From: Octopus sinensis
Lineage: Eukaryota
DNA length: 64,000 nucleotides
Direction of reading: 5' to 3'
NCBI RefSeq assembly: GCF_006345805.1
Contig: NC_043011.1
Location: 38,018,464 to 38,082,463, forward strand
Below, one piece after another: positions 39,011-53,509 of this stretch. The notes under the pieces were generated by a model. The model was not told where the DNA came from and did not search any database. It worked only from the letters and a program-made list of their open reading frames with translations. The stretch's first letter is position 1. Every line of letters begins with the position of its first letter. Position numbers and translations under genes: made by a program.

Positions 39011-39934
39011 ATATATATATGCGTGTGTGTGTGTGTGTGTGTGTGTGTGAATATACGTGCTCACTACATATATATGCATATATGTATATATACAACATAT
39101 ATGTAGGCATGCAATAATAAACATATTAATACGTACACGTATGTACACATATATATATATACATGCATACATACATATATACACATATGAATATATATAT
39201 ATATATACATACTAGAATTTTATGTATACATATGTAACAGTGCATTGTGCATATATATATATTTATACATATTTATAATAGACTTTGTATATGTCTGTAT
39301 ACATTATGTATATATTTATATAGAAGTATATAATATATAAATCTTTCTAGTAATACGTATTTACATAGGTATAATAATTCCTATATATATATATATATAT
39401 AAACACATGTCATGTATGTGTTATATTTAAATTTATGCATATGTATACACACATATGAGTGTGTGTGCGTATATTTCACGCATGTGCGTATGTGTATAGA
39501 TGTGTTTTATTATTAGCCTTCGAGTATTTTCTCATACATTATGGAGAAATAGAGGAATATTCTGTATTGTCTTCTAGGACATTACCATCAAACATTTCAT
39601 TCATTAATTTTTTTCATGGACGTCAGAATGATCATTTATTATTGACGGTAAAATTTTCGGCGTAATAAATAACAAAAGTGAAAAGGAATAAAGAAATATC
39701 AGAAATCGAAGATATAACGTTGCAGAGAATTAGAAGAATGTGTTAAAGACTATAAAAGCAAATATATATAAGAATGGTATTTTGCTTGGATGCTTTGATG
39801 TGAAACTGCGAAGATTGTTAAGCTTCTGCCTCTGCCACTATTTGAATTATAGCAACAAGACGGGCGGTGGGGATCATCACCAAGCGGTCTCTACCCTGTG
39901 TTCCTGAGAAAGAGCTGCGGTTGTTTCGGTATAA

Positions 39935-40156
39935 TACGAGTGGGTGCTAAAAAGATCCTGGCGTTAAGGGTATCGCGAAAGGACGTGTTAGAGTACCCAG
40001 CATTCCGAGTTCTTTTATAGGGCTTAGAAAAACTGAAGGAGTGCTGAAATAAGTGTGTGAATCTGCGAGGGCAATATGTTAAATAAGATCATAATGAACT
40101 GATCCTCCAGTATTGTCTTTTACCCAAGGCCAGGAAATGTTCAGCACGCCCTCGTA
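39935..40156 (+). mobile_element. Mariner-derived MITE
   Basis: Imperfect TIRs TACGAGTGGGTGCTAAAAAGATCCTGGC and GCCAGGAAATGTTCAGCACGCCCTCGTA. Transposase C-terminal remnant NKCVNLRGQYVK. Confidence 0.78.
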
Positions 40157-40270
40157 TTCGACTATACTATTGTATGTTCTTTGCTATATGATACATGCAC
40201 ATATTTATTCTTATCTTTCTTTACGTACTGTATACACACACACACGCGCGCAGAGGCATATGTATACAGG

Positions 40271-40310
<40 letters not shown>

Positions 40311-40404
40311 AACACATACTACATACACACGCGCGCACACACACGCACAAATGCAAGTCCATATATAAGTTCTTACATATATATGAACGAACACCTGAAT
40401 GAAA

Positions 40405-40451
<47 letters not shown>

Positions 40452-40489
40452 TTATATGTATGTATATACGAAGACATGAATGAAAACAT

Positions 40490-41428
40490 ATTGTGGATCA
40501 TTCTGAAGGTGGAGAAAGTCAACGCAAAACCGCAGGAAATCTTGGGATTCCGATCTCTACAGTTAATAGAGTGATTGCGAAATTCACTTGAGGGGGGAAT
40601 GAGTCTACTTCCCCTCGCCCAGATGAATCACCCCCCCCCTGACAGGACCTTTCTCTTTGCAAAGAGAAGTGCGGAGGATAATCCCCATTGCAAGGCCTCT
40701 GACATTGCAGAACAATTTGATGTCAGTCCCACAGCAGCTGTCAGGGATCTCCGCAAGCTTGGTTACTACGGCAGAGCAGCAAGAAGGAAGCCACTTCTTC
40801 GACCAGCCAACATCAAGCAGAGAAATGTGAGATGGTGGAGAGTCCACAAGCATTTTGGGATATTGTAATATTCTCTGATGAGTCCAGATCTTCTGTATTT
40901 CTTGAGAGTGGTCAAGCGCGGGTCTGGAGACTCTGTTATCAAGAATTTTGTGTGGAAAGATTTCAGCCCAAAAATGAAACACGGCAGCAATTCTGTGATG
41001 GTTTGGAGAGCAATTTGGAGCAATGGTTGATCAGAGCTGGTGTAGTGTGAGGGAAACATAAACTCAGACGAATTTGTGTCCATATTGCCGAAAGGCTTTC
41101 TACCAATCTTCTCCAGTGGTGAAATGATTAAAGTAGACTATTTATGGGATGAGGCTCGTTGTCACTCCAGCAAAAATTACCCAAGATTTATTGGATGAAA
41201 ATGGCATTAAAAAGCCAGTCACCAGATATGAACTCGATTGAACACCCTTGGGACATAATGGACAGGACACTTAATAATAAGAAGAAAGCATCTTCAAAGC
41301 CAGATCTTTTGAGATTATTGCATGAAACTTGGCAAGAAATTTCGCAAGAGAATACTCATTTGGTCAGTAACATGCCTAATAAGGTTCTTACATTGAAAAA
41401 TGCAAAGGACATGTCTACCAAATATTGA
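40490..41428 (+). pseudogene. Tc1-like (DD34E) transposase pseudogene
   Basis: [65 protein letters not shown] and NAKDMSTKY, with several frameshifts. Confidence 0.92.
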
Positions 41429-41799
41429 ATATTTACTTGAGGGATAAAAAAGGTGTTAGAATGTAGGAGGTTGCTCTGGAGGAGTGCTGTTGGCAATTTG
41501 ATTAAGGCAGACATAATGTGCAACAGAAATATTATTCGTAACCAGAAAGATGTCAGAAAAAGGGATTTCTGACTAAGGACAAGCGGATATCAAGATTGAA
41601 GTTCTGAAGGAGGGCATTTTGTCAATCAACATCTTTTGAATTCGTAGGTCACTTCTTTTCTTTCTTTGCAGTTCTTTACGCTACAGTAGCGTCAGGCTGT
41701 ATCTGGAACAAAGAGTTATAAAAAGTATCAAGCAGAGTAGCTAGCCTAGGAACGGGAATGGAATAAGTCCAGGCTGTAAGCAACAAAAGAGTTATTTCT

Positions 41800-42230
41800 T
41801 TAGGTGAAAGGTAAATCATATGATGATAATTAACAACGAAGGAGGATTAGTAGCACGAATAAGAACCGGGTGGAAAATGTCTTACGAAATTGGCAACAAA
41901 AAGATTCTTTCTCCGGGTGAAGTAGAGACTGTATGACGCTTATGGCCAAATTATTAAGTTTCATGATAGTGAAACGAAAAGTTATAATGCAAAAAGTCTG
42001 CGATGGCTAAAAAAGAAAAGATGTGTATATGCAAGGCTGGGTATATAAAGTCAGTATGCAATACAGAAAAAGTGAAAAACTGTGTGGAATAGAAATGAAA
42101 TGTGGTGTGTTAGAGAAAATAACTAATGTGGCACACAGTTATGTAAAACAAATGAAGAATGGCAGTAGGTGTCGAAGAAATAGTGAAGTTGATCAAAGGA
42201 GAATGGAGATCTTGAAAGAGATGACAAAGA
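41800..42230 (+). mobile_element. Highly degenerate RTE-like LINE RT fragment
   Basis: VARIRTGWK..LATKRFFLRVK.RLYDA..FHDSET pattern, typical of the RTE RT C-terminus. Confidence 0.55.
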
Positions 42231-42284
42231 ATAATCACATCGACACACACACGTGTGTGTGTGTGAATGTATGTGTGTATCTGT

Positions 42285-42530
<246 letters not shown>

Positions 42531-42740
42531 ATATACAATGTCTAGAGAAAAAGAGCATAAACAATGATAACGATGTAATTCTGCTCGGAAAGAACAGAAA
42601 AAATGATTTAGCGCTTCCGAATAAAAATTATTTCTTAAGAAACGGGATTTAGAGCTGAATGACGTTTCTTGGCAGAGATGTTGTTCCAGTCAAGGGAGAT
42701 AAGACATACATGAATGATTCATACCGTGTGTAAATATAAT

Positions 42741-42776
<36 letters not shown>

Positions 42777-44178
42777 GTGTGTGTGTGTGTTTCTGTGTGT
42801 GTATGTATGTGTGTGTTTGCTAATACGTTCGACGAGAATGTCTTTTATACGTCTACATGTATGTACTTATATGTATCTTACGTTATGTTATTATGTGTGG
42901 TAAACATATAACACATTATGAAAAATGATTGAAGTTCTACATAGATAAGTTAACAATATGAAAGATATTTTGTCTGAAATAACAATAATTACACTTTTAC
43001 TGCTGAGAAATCACAGTAAACTCTATTAGTTCCGTTCGTTATTATCTAACAAATTCCTTTGTATATTTTTTCTTCTACAACGACAAAATGTCTTACCTCC
43101 CGAGAAATTCATTCAAATCTGTCTAGCTTCTTGACGAAAGACCATAGAACGCGACAATGAACAATATCTTTGTTCATCCTACTATACAGGAATCATTTCC
43201 AGTACTCTAGCATGATTTTCCGATTTTTCATGCCAAAGATCTTTTGGGTGGTGAAGGAAGAGAGAAAATTTTTCATTTGATTTCAAAACTTCAAAACCTG
43301 ACACTAACCATGAGTTGGTTCGATACTCGATTCTCGGATTGAAATCTATGTGATCTTCCATAGACTTTTTACGACAAAATGCTGAATCAAGCTATTATTC
43401 CTCGATAAAATACAAACTTCTTTACTTCACCAATTGTGTAGAAGTGAGAGTATATTTTTCGTCATTTAAATGCTTCCATAAACACACAGATAGCAACATA
43501 CTGGAAAAGTGAAAAACAAAAGCCCCGCTTAAAAATATGCACACATTCATATACATAAGAATTTACATGTATAATTAGTAGCTTGCAGTTAATTATTTCC
43601 ATTAATTAAAACAAATCTTGTTGAAAGCCAGTCTCCTACTTCAAATATATTGTCTGAAAGATTACATTATTTTCATTTTCTAAAATTAAATTACCTGAAT
43701 TCCAATATTACAGGAACTGGCCTATATTGTCTTCTTTGACGATGGGCTAGATCGATACGATAAATGAATTACCTTGTCTTTCGTCGTTCATTTAGTTATT
43801 TTCTACAACTGTTTGTATCATATTCTTCCTTAAGTGATCATGATTTTATCACATGGCTCTGCCGCACAGGATATTTCAGACTTTAAAAAAAAAAAAAAAC
43901 TAAGTGGAAATTATAAATACATATGAGAATGTAAACATCTATGCACCTATACAAGCTTCTGCGCAGTTTACTCGACGAAACTGAAGTCACAAACTTTGGA
44001 TCAACAAAAGATTACACCAGAGAATGCTTTCGATGTTCAGAGCAGCGTGATCAAAACAAACCATGAGACTGCAAATCGAACAAAGCCATTTTGGGAAGTA
44101 TGTAATGTCCGTTCTCGCATATAGCTGTTATGTAATTGTGCATTTGTTTCCGTGTATAAAGTGTTGTGTGTAAAAAAA

Positions 44179-44259
44179 CATCCTGACGAGGGGAGTGTCA
44201 ATTTCAAATGTATGATATGTTTCATATTAATTGGCGCGTCTCCAAAACGGCCGTAGATG
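44179..44259 (+). ncRNA. Type-I hammerhead motif with one core mutation
   Basis: catc-CTGACGA-ggggagtgtcaatt...aattggcgcgtctcc-AAAA-CGGCCG-TA-gatg. Helix I is CATC/GATG and helix III is palindromic, but GAAA is changed to AAAA. Confidence 0.65.
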
Positions 44260-44739
44260 AACATTTTTGTATTTTTGTAATTTTGTATATTTATCTTTTC
44301 TGTATTTTTCTCTGGAATTTTAATACGTCATTTTAATATGTCATTGTATGTTTTATTAGCCCAAATTTATAATTTAACAAATTTTTACCAAATGTTTTAT
44401 GATTTTAAGCGTAAATTCAATGTGTTATATATGCAACATTGATTCTTATATATTTACATATTATATTTGATGTTTATATATTTATATATTATTATATTTT
44501 TAAATGTTGGACTTTATATCTGTTCTGTAGATATAAATGATTATATGAATATATGTATGTGTTTGATCTTTCTGTGGATTTTGTAATGTTCCTTTTGTTG
44601 CAGCTCACATTGCCTCCCCTTGGATTAATAAGTGAATACAGCTCATTCGAGCACTACAATTCCTGTCTGTTATATATTTTGAGCGTTGTTGTCACTAGCG
44701 ATCTCAAGATATAACTTTGTATTTTTGTAATTTATACTT

Positions 44740-44770
<31 letters not shown>

Positions 44771-45407
44771 TATATACATATATATATACGCATGTATGTA
44801 TGTAAGACTATATAGACGCACGTGTGTCTGTATATATTTTATACGTAGTTACAATGAATGGAGCGATGGAAGAGAAAGGGAGAAAAGAGAAACAGAGATA
44901 GAATTAGTAAGAAATTAAAGGAGAAACAAATGAACACAAAAAAACGAAAAAGGAAAATAATAAATAATCCCTACGGTTAGAATTTTCATGAAAGTACATT
45001 AAAGAAAAAAAAGGTAAATTCATAACCCAAGTCAAACACAGCAATAGTATGAAATCAAAGACCTTTATGATAATTAAGAGTGAAAGCAAAACTATAAAAA
45101 CATACAATATATAAAATAGAGAAATAACAATATATATTTTTTTTCAAATTGAAATTCCATACGCTATGATATCACACTGTACGACATGATTTACATTATT
45201 CAGAAAAGAAAATTAAACCGAAGAATCTCTTGGACTTTTGGTGCTACTGACTACAGGGTAAAAATTATACACAGGAGACAATGTGTCTACATGATTTCGA
45301 ATAATATGAAGTGAAGGGAAGCAAATGTTAGAATATCAAGAATATCTGTCTACTGATGTAATTTAATCTGTCTGTCTATTTATCTATCTGCATCGCCGCT
45401 TACTATT

Positions 45408-45438
<31 letters not shown>

Positions 45439-45625
45439 TATATATATGATTCATCTATCCATCTACCTATCTACTTCCTTGTATGCATTTATCTACAAAC
45501 CTATTTCTTATATCCATGTGTCTATTTATCAATAACAATAACAATATATATGTTTGTGTGTGTGCGTGTGTTCACATAAATACATATGTATAACTATATC
45601 TAGGGATAGATAGATAAATAGATAG

Positions 45626-45657
<32 letters not shown>

Positions 45658-45695
45658 GTAGGTAGGTAGGTAGGTAGGTAGGTATGTAGGTAAGC

Positions 45696-45774
<79 letters not shown>

Positions 45775-46572
45775 TAGATAGATGTGGATTTCTATGTAAC
45801 GAATGAACACAGGTAGTTATACGAGTCGTTTGAGTGTACAGAGTGCTCTAGACTTTAAAAACAGAAAAGAGATAAGAAAGAAACTAGAATCGATTGAAGA
45901 ATGAATTTATAATTAGATTTAGAATCTTCAGTACTTTATAATGGCCGGAGCTAATTTGGTATCGGATTCCTAAGGCTAGAATTTTCTGACGATTCTCATC
46001 TGGCTTCAAACCATAGGTTACTATGAAGTATCGCACTTTACATTATAGAAATACATCCTGCTTTGAACGAGATAGGAGATGTGTATGTTTTAAAATTAGT
46101 AAATGACTGTCCTGAAAAGGTCTCCAAACATCTGGAATGCACCTTATATATTAGAACTGATAAACAAATCAGACAGAACACGTTGTTTCAAAGACAGTGC
46201 TTCATTCGTTTCTTAAATGAAATCATGAATGTGTACGAAGTGTTCTGGTGAGAATATTTTCGGTTTCAGTTCTCCTAATACGAAAAAGGCAAGACAATGT
46301 GAAGAATCTCCAGGGAATGATGTAGCTTTATTGCGTTCGTTTCTCTGTAAATGTTCTTAAGCCTTATTTCATTAGGCTTATTTATTCATCCTTCACTTTC
46401 GCAGTATTTTACGTTTGTTTTCACTCAATGTATCATTTCTGGGATAATCTCGCCTATATTCTGCTTCTCTTGAATTGATTGAATTTTACACACACACACA
46501 CACACACACAAACAAACAAACAAACAAACAAACAAACAAATACACATTCATACACACGTATATATCTCTGAG

Positions 46573-46818
46573 AACCCCTTCTGTCATGACTGACCCTGGA
46601 ATTGCACCTATGAATTTACCCTAAGGGAAAGGCAAAGAGCCCGATACGGCTTGGTGCCTGTGACGTAGCATCTCATTTCTACAGCTGAGTAAACTGGAGC
46701 AACGTGATATAAAGTGTCTTGCTAAAGAACACAACACAAAACTCAGTCCGGGATTCGAACTCACAAACTCACGATCGTAATCTCGAAGCTCTATAACCAC
46801 TGAGCCATGCGCCTTCAC
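46573..46818 (-). mobile_element. tRNA-derived SINE (family of 33042-33340), internally deleted
   Basis: Head GGCGCATGGCTCAGTGGTT and B box GAGTTCGAATCCC on the minus strand. Confidence 0.85.
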
Positions 46819-46830
46819 GTAACACACACA

Positions 46831-46880
<50 letters not shown>

Positions 46881-46882
46881 GA

Positions 46883-47097
46883 GGCGGCGAGCTGGCAGAA
46901 ACGTTAGCGCGCCGGGCGAAATGCTTAGCGGTATTTTGTCTGTCGTTACGTTCTGAGTTCAAATTCCGCCGAGGTCGACTTTGCCTTTCATCCTTTCGAG
47001 GTCGATAAATAAAGTACTAGTTTCGCACTAGGGTCAATGTAATCGACTTAATCCGTTTGTCCTTTCTATGTTTAGCCCCTTGTGGGCAACAAAGAAA
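46883..47097 (+). mobile_element. Monomeric SINE (family of 38022-38614)
   Basis: Near-identical to the first unit at 38022-38240. Confidence 0.9.
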
Positions 47098-47098
47098 T

Positions 47099-47164
<66 letters not shown>

Positions 47165-47217
47165 GATAGATAGATAGATAGATATAGATAGATATGTATA
47201 TTTATATATGTATATGA

Positions 47218-47255
<38 letters not shown>

Positions 47256-47899
47256 ACGCACACATGCACACATGCATACACATATACACTCATATTCACA
47301 CACACGTATATATATATATATAATTTATTAATGTGTAATCCTCATGAACGAATGATTTCGTCAAACGAAAAACTGTTTCAATACCTAGTTTTCGAGGAGA
47401 ATAAATTTCCTTAAAATAATAGGTGTATAGAAAAACATATAGTTTATAATCATTTAAATGATTGAAATAAAATGGAGATTAGCAATGGAATAATGATTTA
47501 TAAAAGTTAATAATTGCTAATAATTGTTTGAGTCTGCTAAAAGGAATTCCTAAGCACGCACATAACATTCAAATAACCATCCTTTTCCCTCTGATGATCT
47601 TGTGTTCATGTCACGTTAATGTATTAACGTTAGTTCCTTTTACTGGTCGGAAAGACGGAAAAGGAAAGTTGAGGAGAAGGCGGAGGGGAGAAAGGAGTGG
47701 AGTTGGTGGAGTATTAATTGAAACGGCTGTAATTGAAGATGATCAATCTGTTTTAGTAATAAACATTTTTTTTAAATGGATCTATAAAGACAATATCCCT
47801 ACATATCTCACATCTATTTTCTTTTCTTTCCTCCCTCCACCTTACTCTCTATTTTATATCTTATCTAAATTAACTATTTCTTAAACATCCTCTCTCACC

Positions 47900-47947
47900 G
47901 TCTCCGATGAAGGGATATAATAAATATCTTGGAAACAGCTGTAAGAC
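47900..47947 (+). ncRNA. Minimal hammerhead motif (CCGATGA variant) within PLE-type repeat 47800-48005
   Basis: gtct-CCGATGA-agggatat aataa atatcttg-GAAA-CAGCTG-TA-agac. All three helices can form. Confidence 0.65.
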
Positions 47948-48299
47948 CTTCTATTTATAAATATTCTAAAATCTACACAGCCTTGGTTTTTTATCTCATT
48001 ACGAAGTGTATGTGTCTAGTAAAATCGAATAATCGCACATTAAAAATAACAAGAGTAAAACAACAAGAGGGTATGCACGCAGAATGTATTACCATGACGC
48101 TGGATGAAAGTGGAAAAAGAGAGTATTTTTGACGTTCGAATATAGATCTTCGTGGGAAAAGAAAACGGAAGAGTCTAGAGAATAAAAAATATCACCAACA
48201 GCCCTCGTGTTGTTATATGTCTTATGCATAGATATAGGTACATATATAAACATATGTAGGGTTTTGAAAAATAGCTTAGTTAAGGTTCTAACTTGAAGT

Positions 48300-48870
48300 G
48301 AGACTGTGAGTGCAAACCATCTGCTATGGGTGTTGTAAGATGTAGATATGTGGGAGCAAAACTGGAGGGTAGAGGTTTAGAATTTATAACAAGAAGAGGT
48401 TCAAATTTAGATACTCCTAAGAGCATTCGGGTTAGCATGTTTATAATTCCTTCTAATGTGCTTGGTAATGCAGTTAGTGAACATATCCATCGGGAGGGTA
48501 AATATTTCTGGATTTTGTTTAAAAGGGAAATTTATATCCTGGGGAAAATGCTGTAGAGGTCCTTTTTGGAATGAGTTCATCGTATTCTAGAATTTGATGT
48601 TCCTAATCACTTGAAGAAGATCCGTTTCGAATTTAACCAGCGAGGGATTAGGAGGTGTATTCTTCTATCATCTTAAGTTGTAGTAATCATTATCTTTGGA
48701 ATCATAAGAATTATTTGATTTGCTGTAGAAGAAAGCCTTCCATCTCAACTATAAAATGAATTCATCGGTTTTCTGTAATATTAATTCGATGTAATGGTCC
48801 CTGGAGGGAATTGGGATATTCTTATTAGAAATATTTAAGTATTTCTTAACTGAATTAAGCGTAATCTATA
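48300..48870 (-). mobile_element. Penelope-like element N-terminal ORF fragment
   Basis: SNKNIPIPSRDHYIELILQKTDEFI..LRWKAFFY..PPNPSLVKFETDLLQVIRNIKF..NSFQK matches the PLE N-terminal KNIPIP...RWKA(F)F pattern. Confidence 0.7.
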
Positions 48871-49237
48871 AGTAGCGTTCGGTTCAGACAATGGTATGTC
48901 AACATTGAAAACACATAGTAGTGTCAGAAAGGCTTTAAACTTTAACACCGAATTCTTCGTTCAGGTCAAGGCTCATTTCTTGAAGAATAACTATATAAGA
49001 AATACCAACCGCCTTGATATCCGTATCAAGTAATAGAGTTAGGATTGATATAAATATAAAGAATTGAATGTAACACCCAACAATACACACTACAAGCACA
49101 GATTAAGATAAGAAAATATGTAAATTCATAACTCAACAGCTGTTCCAAGTTCAAATAGATTTCTATCAAACATAACTGTGTTTATATTCATTACTGACCT
49201 TGTATGTAGGCATATATACGTACAGTTTTTACATTTG

Positions 49238-49277
<40 letters not shown>

Positions 49278-49279
<2 letters not shown>

Positions 49280-49666
49280 CGCAGGAGCGGCTGTGTGGTA
49301 AGAGGCTTGCTAACCAACCACATGGTTCCGGGTTCAATCCCACTGTGTGGCATCTTGGGCAAGTGTCTTCTACTATAGCCCCGGGCCGACCAATGCCTTG
49401 TGAGTGGATTTGGTAGACGGAAACTGAAAGAAGCCTGTCGTATATATGTATATATATATGTGTGTGTGTGTGTTTGTGTTTGTCCCCCTAGCATTGCTTG
49501 ACAACCGATGCTGGTGTGTTTACGTCCCCGTCACTTAGCGGTTCGGCAAAAGAGACCGATAGAATAAGTACTGGGCTTACAAAGAATAAATCCCGCGGTC
49601 GATTCGCTCGACTAAAGGCGGTGCTCCAGCATAGCCGCAGTCAAATGACTGAAACAAGTAAAAGAG
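49278..49666 (+). mobile_element. Full-length SINE with internal (TA)/(TG) microsatellite
   Basis: tRNA-like head GGCGCAGGAGCGGCTGTGTGGT..GGGTTCAATCCC, core CTTGGGCAAGTGTCTT and tail ..CAGTCAAATGACTGAAACAAG. At least 8 copies or fragments occur in the window. Confidence 0.9.
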
Positions 49667-50163
49667 TATATATATATATAGTTCAGTTATTGGGATTTCA
49701 ATCAAAAGATTTGTGGGTATTCCATTTCAGATAATGCAAAAAGAATATAACGAGTATCTATGATGGAAAATTCGTGGTATCTATATGCACATCAAGAAAT
49801 AAAACTATGTACTACTCAAAGACTATGTATTACTCATACCATATTGTGTACATTTATACACATCACAGCAATACACTCATGGGATTCATAAGGCTAGAAA
49901 GAACAGCTAGGTTCTAAAACCACAAAAATTAGGGATAAATTTCCGAAAGGTACGACAGGAAAAATGAAAACGTTTACCATTATATGTGTATGTATGTATG
50001 TATGTATGTATGTATGTATGTATGTTTGTATGTATGTATCTATCCATCTATCTATCTATATATATAAACATATATATATATATATACATATATAGATTCA
50101 TACATATATATATACTTATATATATATACACAGGCACAGACACACACACATACGCACGCACGC

Positions 50164-50246
<83 letters not shown>

Positions 50247-52215
50247 ATATACATATATTCAAGTTGTTAAAGTGAGGAGCGCATCTATAATTTCTATAAT
50301 TTCGCCGTATTGTCTAATATCTGCCGACGAAATAACCTGACCCGAATTCCCGAATGTTTGAAGTTTGACCTTCTACAAAATGACAACTTAATGACCATTG
50401 TATCATACTGAGTCGTAAGGTATACTTGTTTTAAATGTTTTGAGAGATACGCTACGTCTAATAAACTACAGCGGAATTGCCTCGTTTTGAACGTCTTTGT
50501 TCATAGGACTACCTGAAAAAGAGCTGACCTTAGGTTGAAGAAGCAGAGATACTCCTTCTACTAGCATTGCCACTTCTACTCTCACTACTAAAACTACATG
50601 CAGAAGACTATTTCTCCATACACGTACATACATGTTTATGCATGTGCATGAAACCTCATACGCACACGCACACAGATATAAATTCACAATCATTCAATTA
50701 CATATATACTCATATGCACTCAAAATCAAGCATATTATTTGAGAACCAATAATTTCTTGACGAATGTCATAAATCTGAAACCTGTTGAAATCTAAATTTT
50801 ATTTTATTTTATTTTTCTATTTGTCTTGACTTCAATTCCACATTTCATGACAGATAGTATCGCACTTTTTCTTTTTCTTTATAAAAAAAGAAAGAAAATT
50901 ATTTAAATCCTTCTTTCCAAGAAATAATATGCTAAGAAAACACAAATATAGAAGAAAAATACAACAAATCGGACAAATCTAATTATATATTTAATGATTG
51001 TCAATTATAAACCAAATGAAAAGCAAAACATACAAACCTTCACTTAAACAAAAAATGCGAATCACTAAAAATTTGAAAAATTAAAATCCGAATTATGTCA
51101 TTTGGAAATTTTGTTTCAGTTTATTTTGTGACAACATGTCATTAACATCTTGTCTCAATAATGAGGTCATGTTTTCTTTACTGACACTTGTGCAAGTAAT
51201 TCGAGACAAGAAATTAACTAACAAAATTGTCATTCGATGTGTTAAATATTCAGGAGTAAGATTTGCCGTCAGAAATAATCTTGTTTCCTTTTACTTTTTC
51301 CCCGCCTTTCATCTACTTTCGCTTTCTTTTAAGAATGTTTTCGGATTATTACATCCCATCAGAGGATTTCGACAAACTTTCGGTTTATGATGCTAATATG
51401 AGAAACATTTATTTTTCTCACTAAGTGTAAGGCTGTATTTTTATTCTCTTTGATTTGATTATACTCTAAAGAAACAGAAATTATTGTAAAATAATGAAAT
51501 CAAAGTATAAACAGTTATAATTGCACAAGCACGAGACATTACGTCTAAAGAATTATTAAAGTTGAAGTTGATATAATGGAATTATATATAATAAGTTATG
51601 GTAGATCGTATGTTCAGTTTTGGTTTCATTTGCGTTTACTTACATAATTTAGTGCACACTGTTTCTAGTAGAATGGAGTGAGATGTCGAGGGTTCCCAGC
51701 CAAGTTCAAGGTTTCTTATTTTACTGAGACATTATTTGAAGAGCCAGGAGAACAATGATTTGATATATTCGGACTCATGTATGTATGAACGCACACACAC
51801 TCACACACACACGGAGGCACTCAATGTTTACTCACACGTGCACACACACAAATTCAACCAAATGCATATACACACACATATATATATATATGTATAGGTA
51901 CATATATACTAATAAAAATATATATATGCATATATATAAAAATACGTATGTATGTATATGCATATATGGGTACAGGACGTCACCAACTGTTCAAACAACA
52001 TGAAATACTTAAACAAAGGAGATAAATACGTAAACAAAGAGGAAAAATGGAAAACAGGACAAATAAACACAGACAAAAGACCATTCATCAGTTGTCAGCT
52101 CTCAATCTACTCGTCATTTCGAGCATTCAACGACTATATATATATACATATATATTTTTATATATATATATATATATATATTATATATGTATTCGTATAA
52201 AATATATATATATGA

Positions 52216-52248
<33 letters not shown>

Positions 52249-52252
52249 ATAT

Positions 52253-52295
<43 letters not shown>

Positions 52296-52911
52296 ATGGT
52301 GAATTTATTCGCAATTCACAGCAGAAAAGCCGAAAGTCTGAAATATAGACGATGCTAGATTTACTAAAGGCACTAATCTGCACAAGTATTGTTAAAAACA
52401 AGAGTCAAAACGACTCATGGCCACAGAAAGTACTTATTATGACTGACAAGGGAGGCAGTTATAAGTGCTTTCTGTGACTGTGAGTTGTTTTGACTCTAAT
52501 TTCTACCAACACTGGTGCTCACTAGTACCCTTAGTCATTATATATAGCTTAATTTCACTAGTCTTTAGTCGAAAGACACCTGTTGTTATGTCCTGTTATT
52601 TGTATTTGTGTGACATTCTCTGTTTTCTCCATCCTTGTTTTCTTATACATTCGCTGCTTTCTTCCAAGGAATCTAATGTTCTTAGCTTAGTATTTTTCTT
52701 GGGGCTGACCAGATTGGAGCAATCTCGAGTATAACCATCCGCAATTGCAAAGATAATCTGGAACTCGACGTATGCAGTTGGTTTTAGGCAAATGTTTAAT
52801 CGCATCTTTAATTTTTTCTATATGGTATGATTTAAGTATCTCATTGTTGAATTGCTACATGGTGGTTCTTTTTCTGATTTGTATGTATGTATATATGTAT
52901 GTATATATATA

Positions 52912-53058
52912 TACGACGAGCTTCCTTCAGTTTCTGTCTACTAAATCGACTCACAAGTCTTTTGTCAGTCCGAGGCTATAGTAGAAGACACTTACCGAAG
53001 TTGCCTTACACAGTGGGACTGAACCCGGAAACATGTGGTTGGTAAGCAACCTGCTTAC
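52912..53058 (-). mobile_element. SINE head (family of 49278-49666)
   Basis: Reverse complement of 49300-49445. Confidence 0.8.
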
Positions 53059-53067
53059 ATAAATATA

Positions 53068-53104
<37 letters not shown>

Positions 53105-53269
53105 CTATTTATCTCTCTCTCCCTCTCTCTCCATATATACATACATACATATATATATATATATAAATTAAATTAGAGATAAAACCACTTTTAGTGGTTT
53201 TATATTTATACTGTAAAATTAGATTTAATCATAAATCTAATTTTTCCCTGTAAGTTTGGATTTACTCCC

Positions 53270-53332
<63 letters not shown>

Positions 53333-53509
53333 TTGTTTCTCTCCTTGTTTTTTCTGTGTCCCTTCTGTACAAGAGCATAGGCAAGAAACGTAAAAGTATT
53401 TTTCTATTCCTGAGCGTTATACTAATACATCTGTTTGTTTTGTACACCACTTGTCTTCGTCTTTGTTTTTTTTCCGTAAACTCTCCCTATATATAAATAT
53501 AGATAGATA

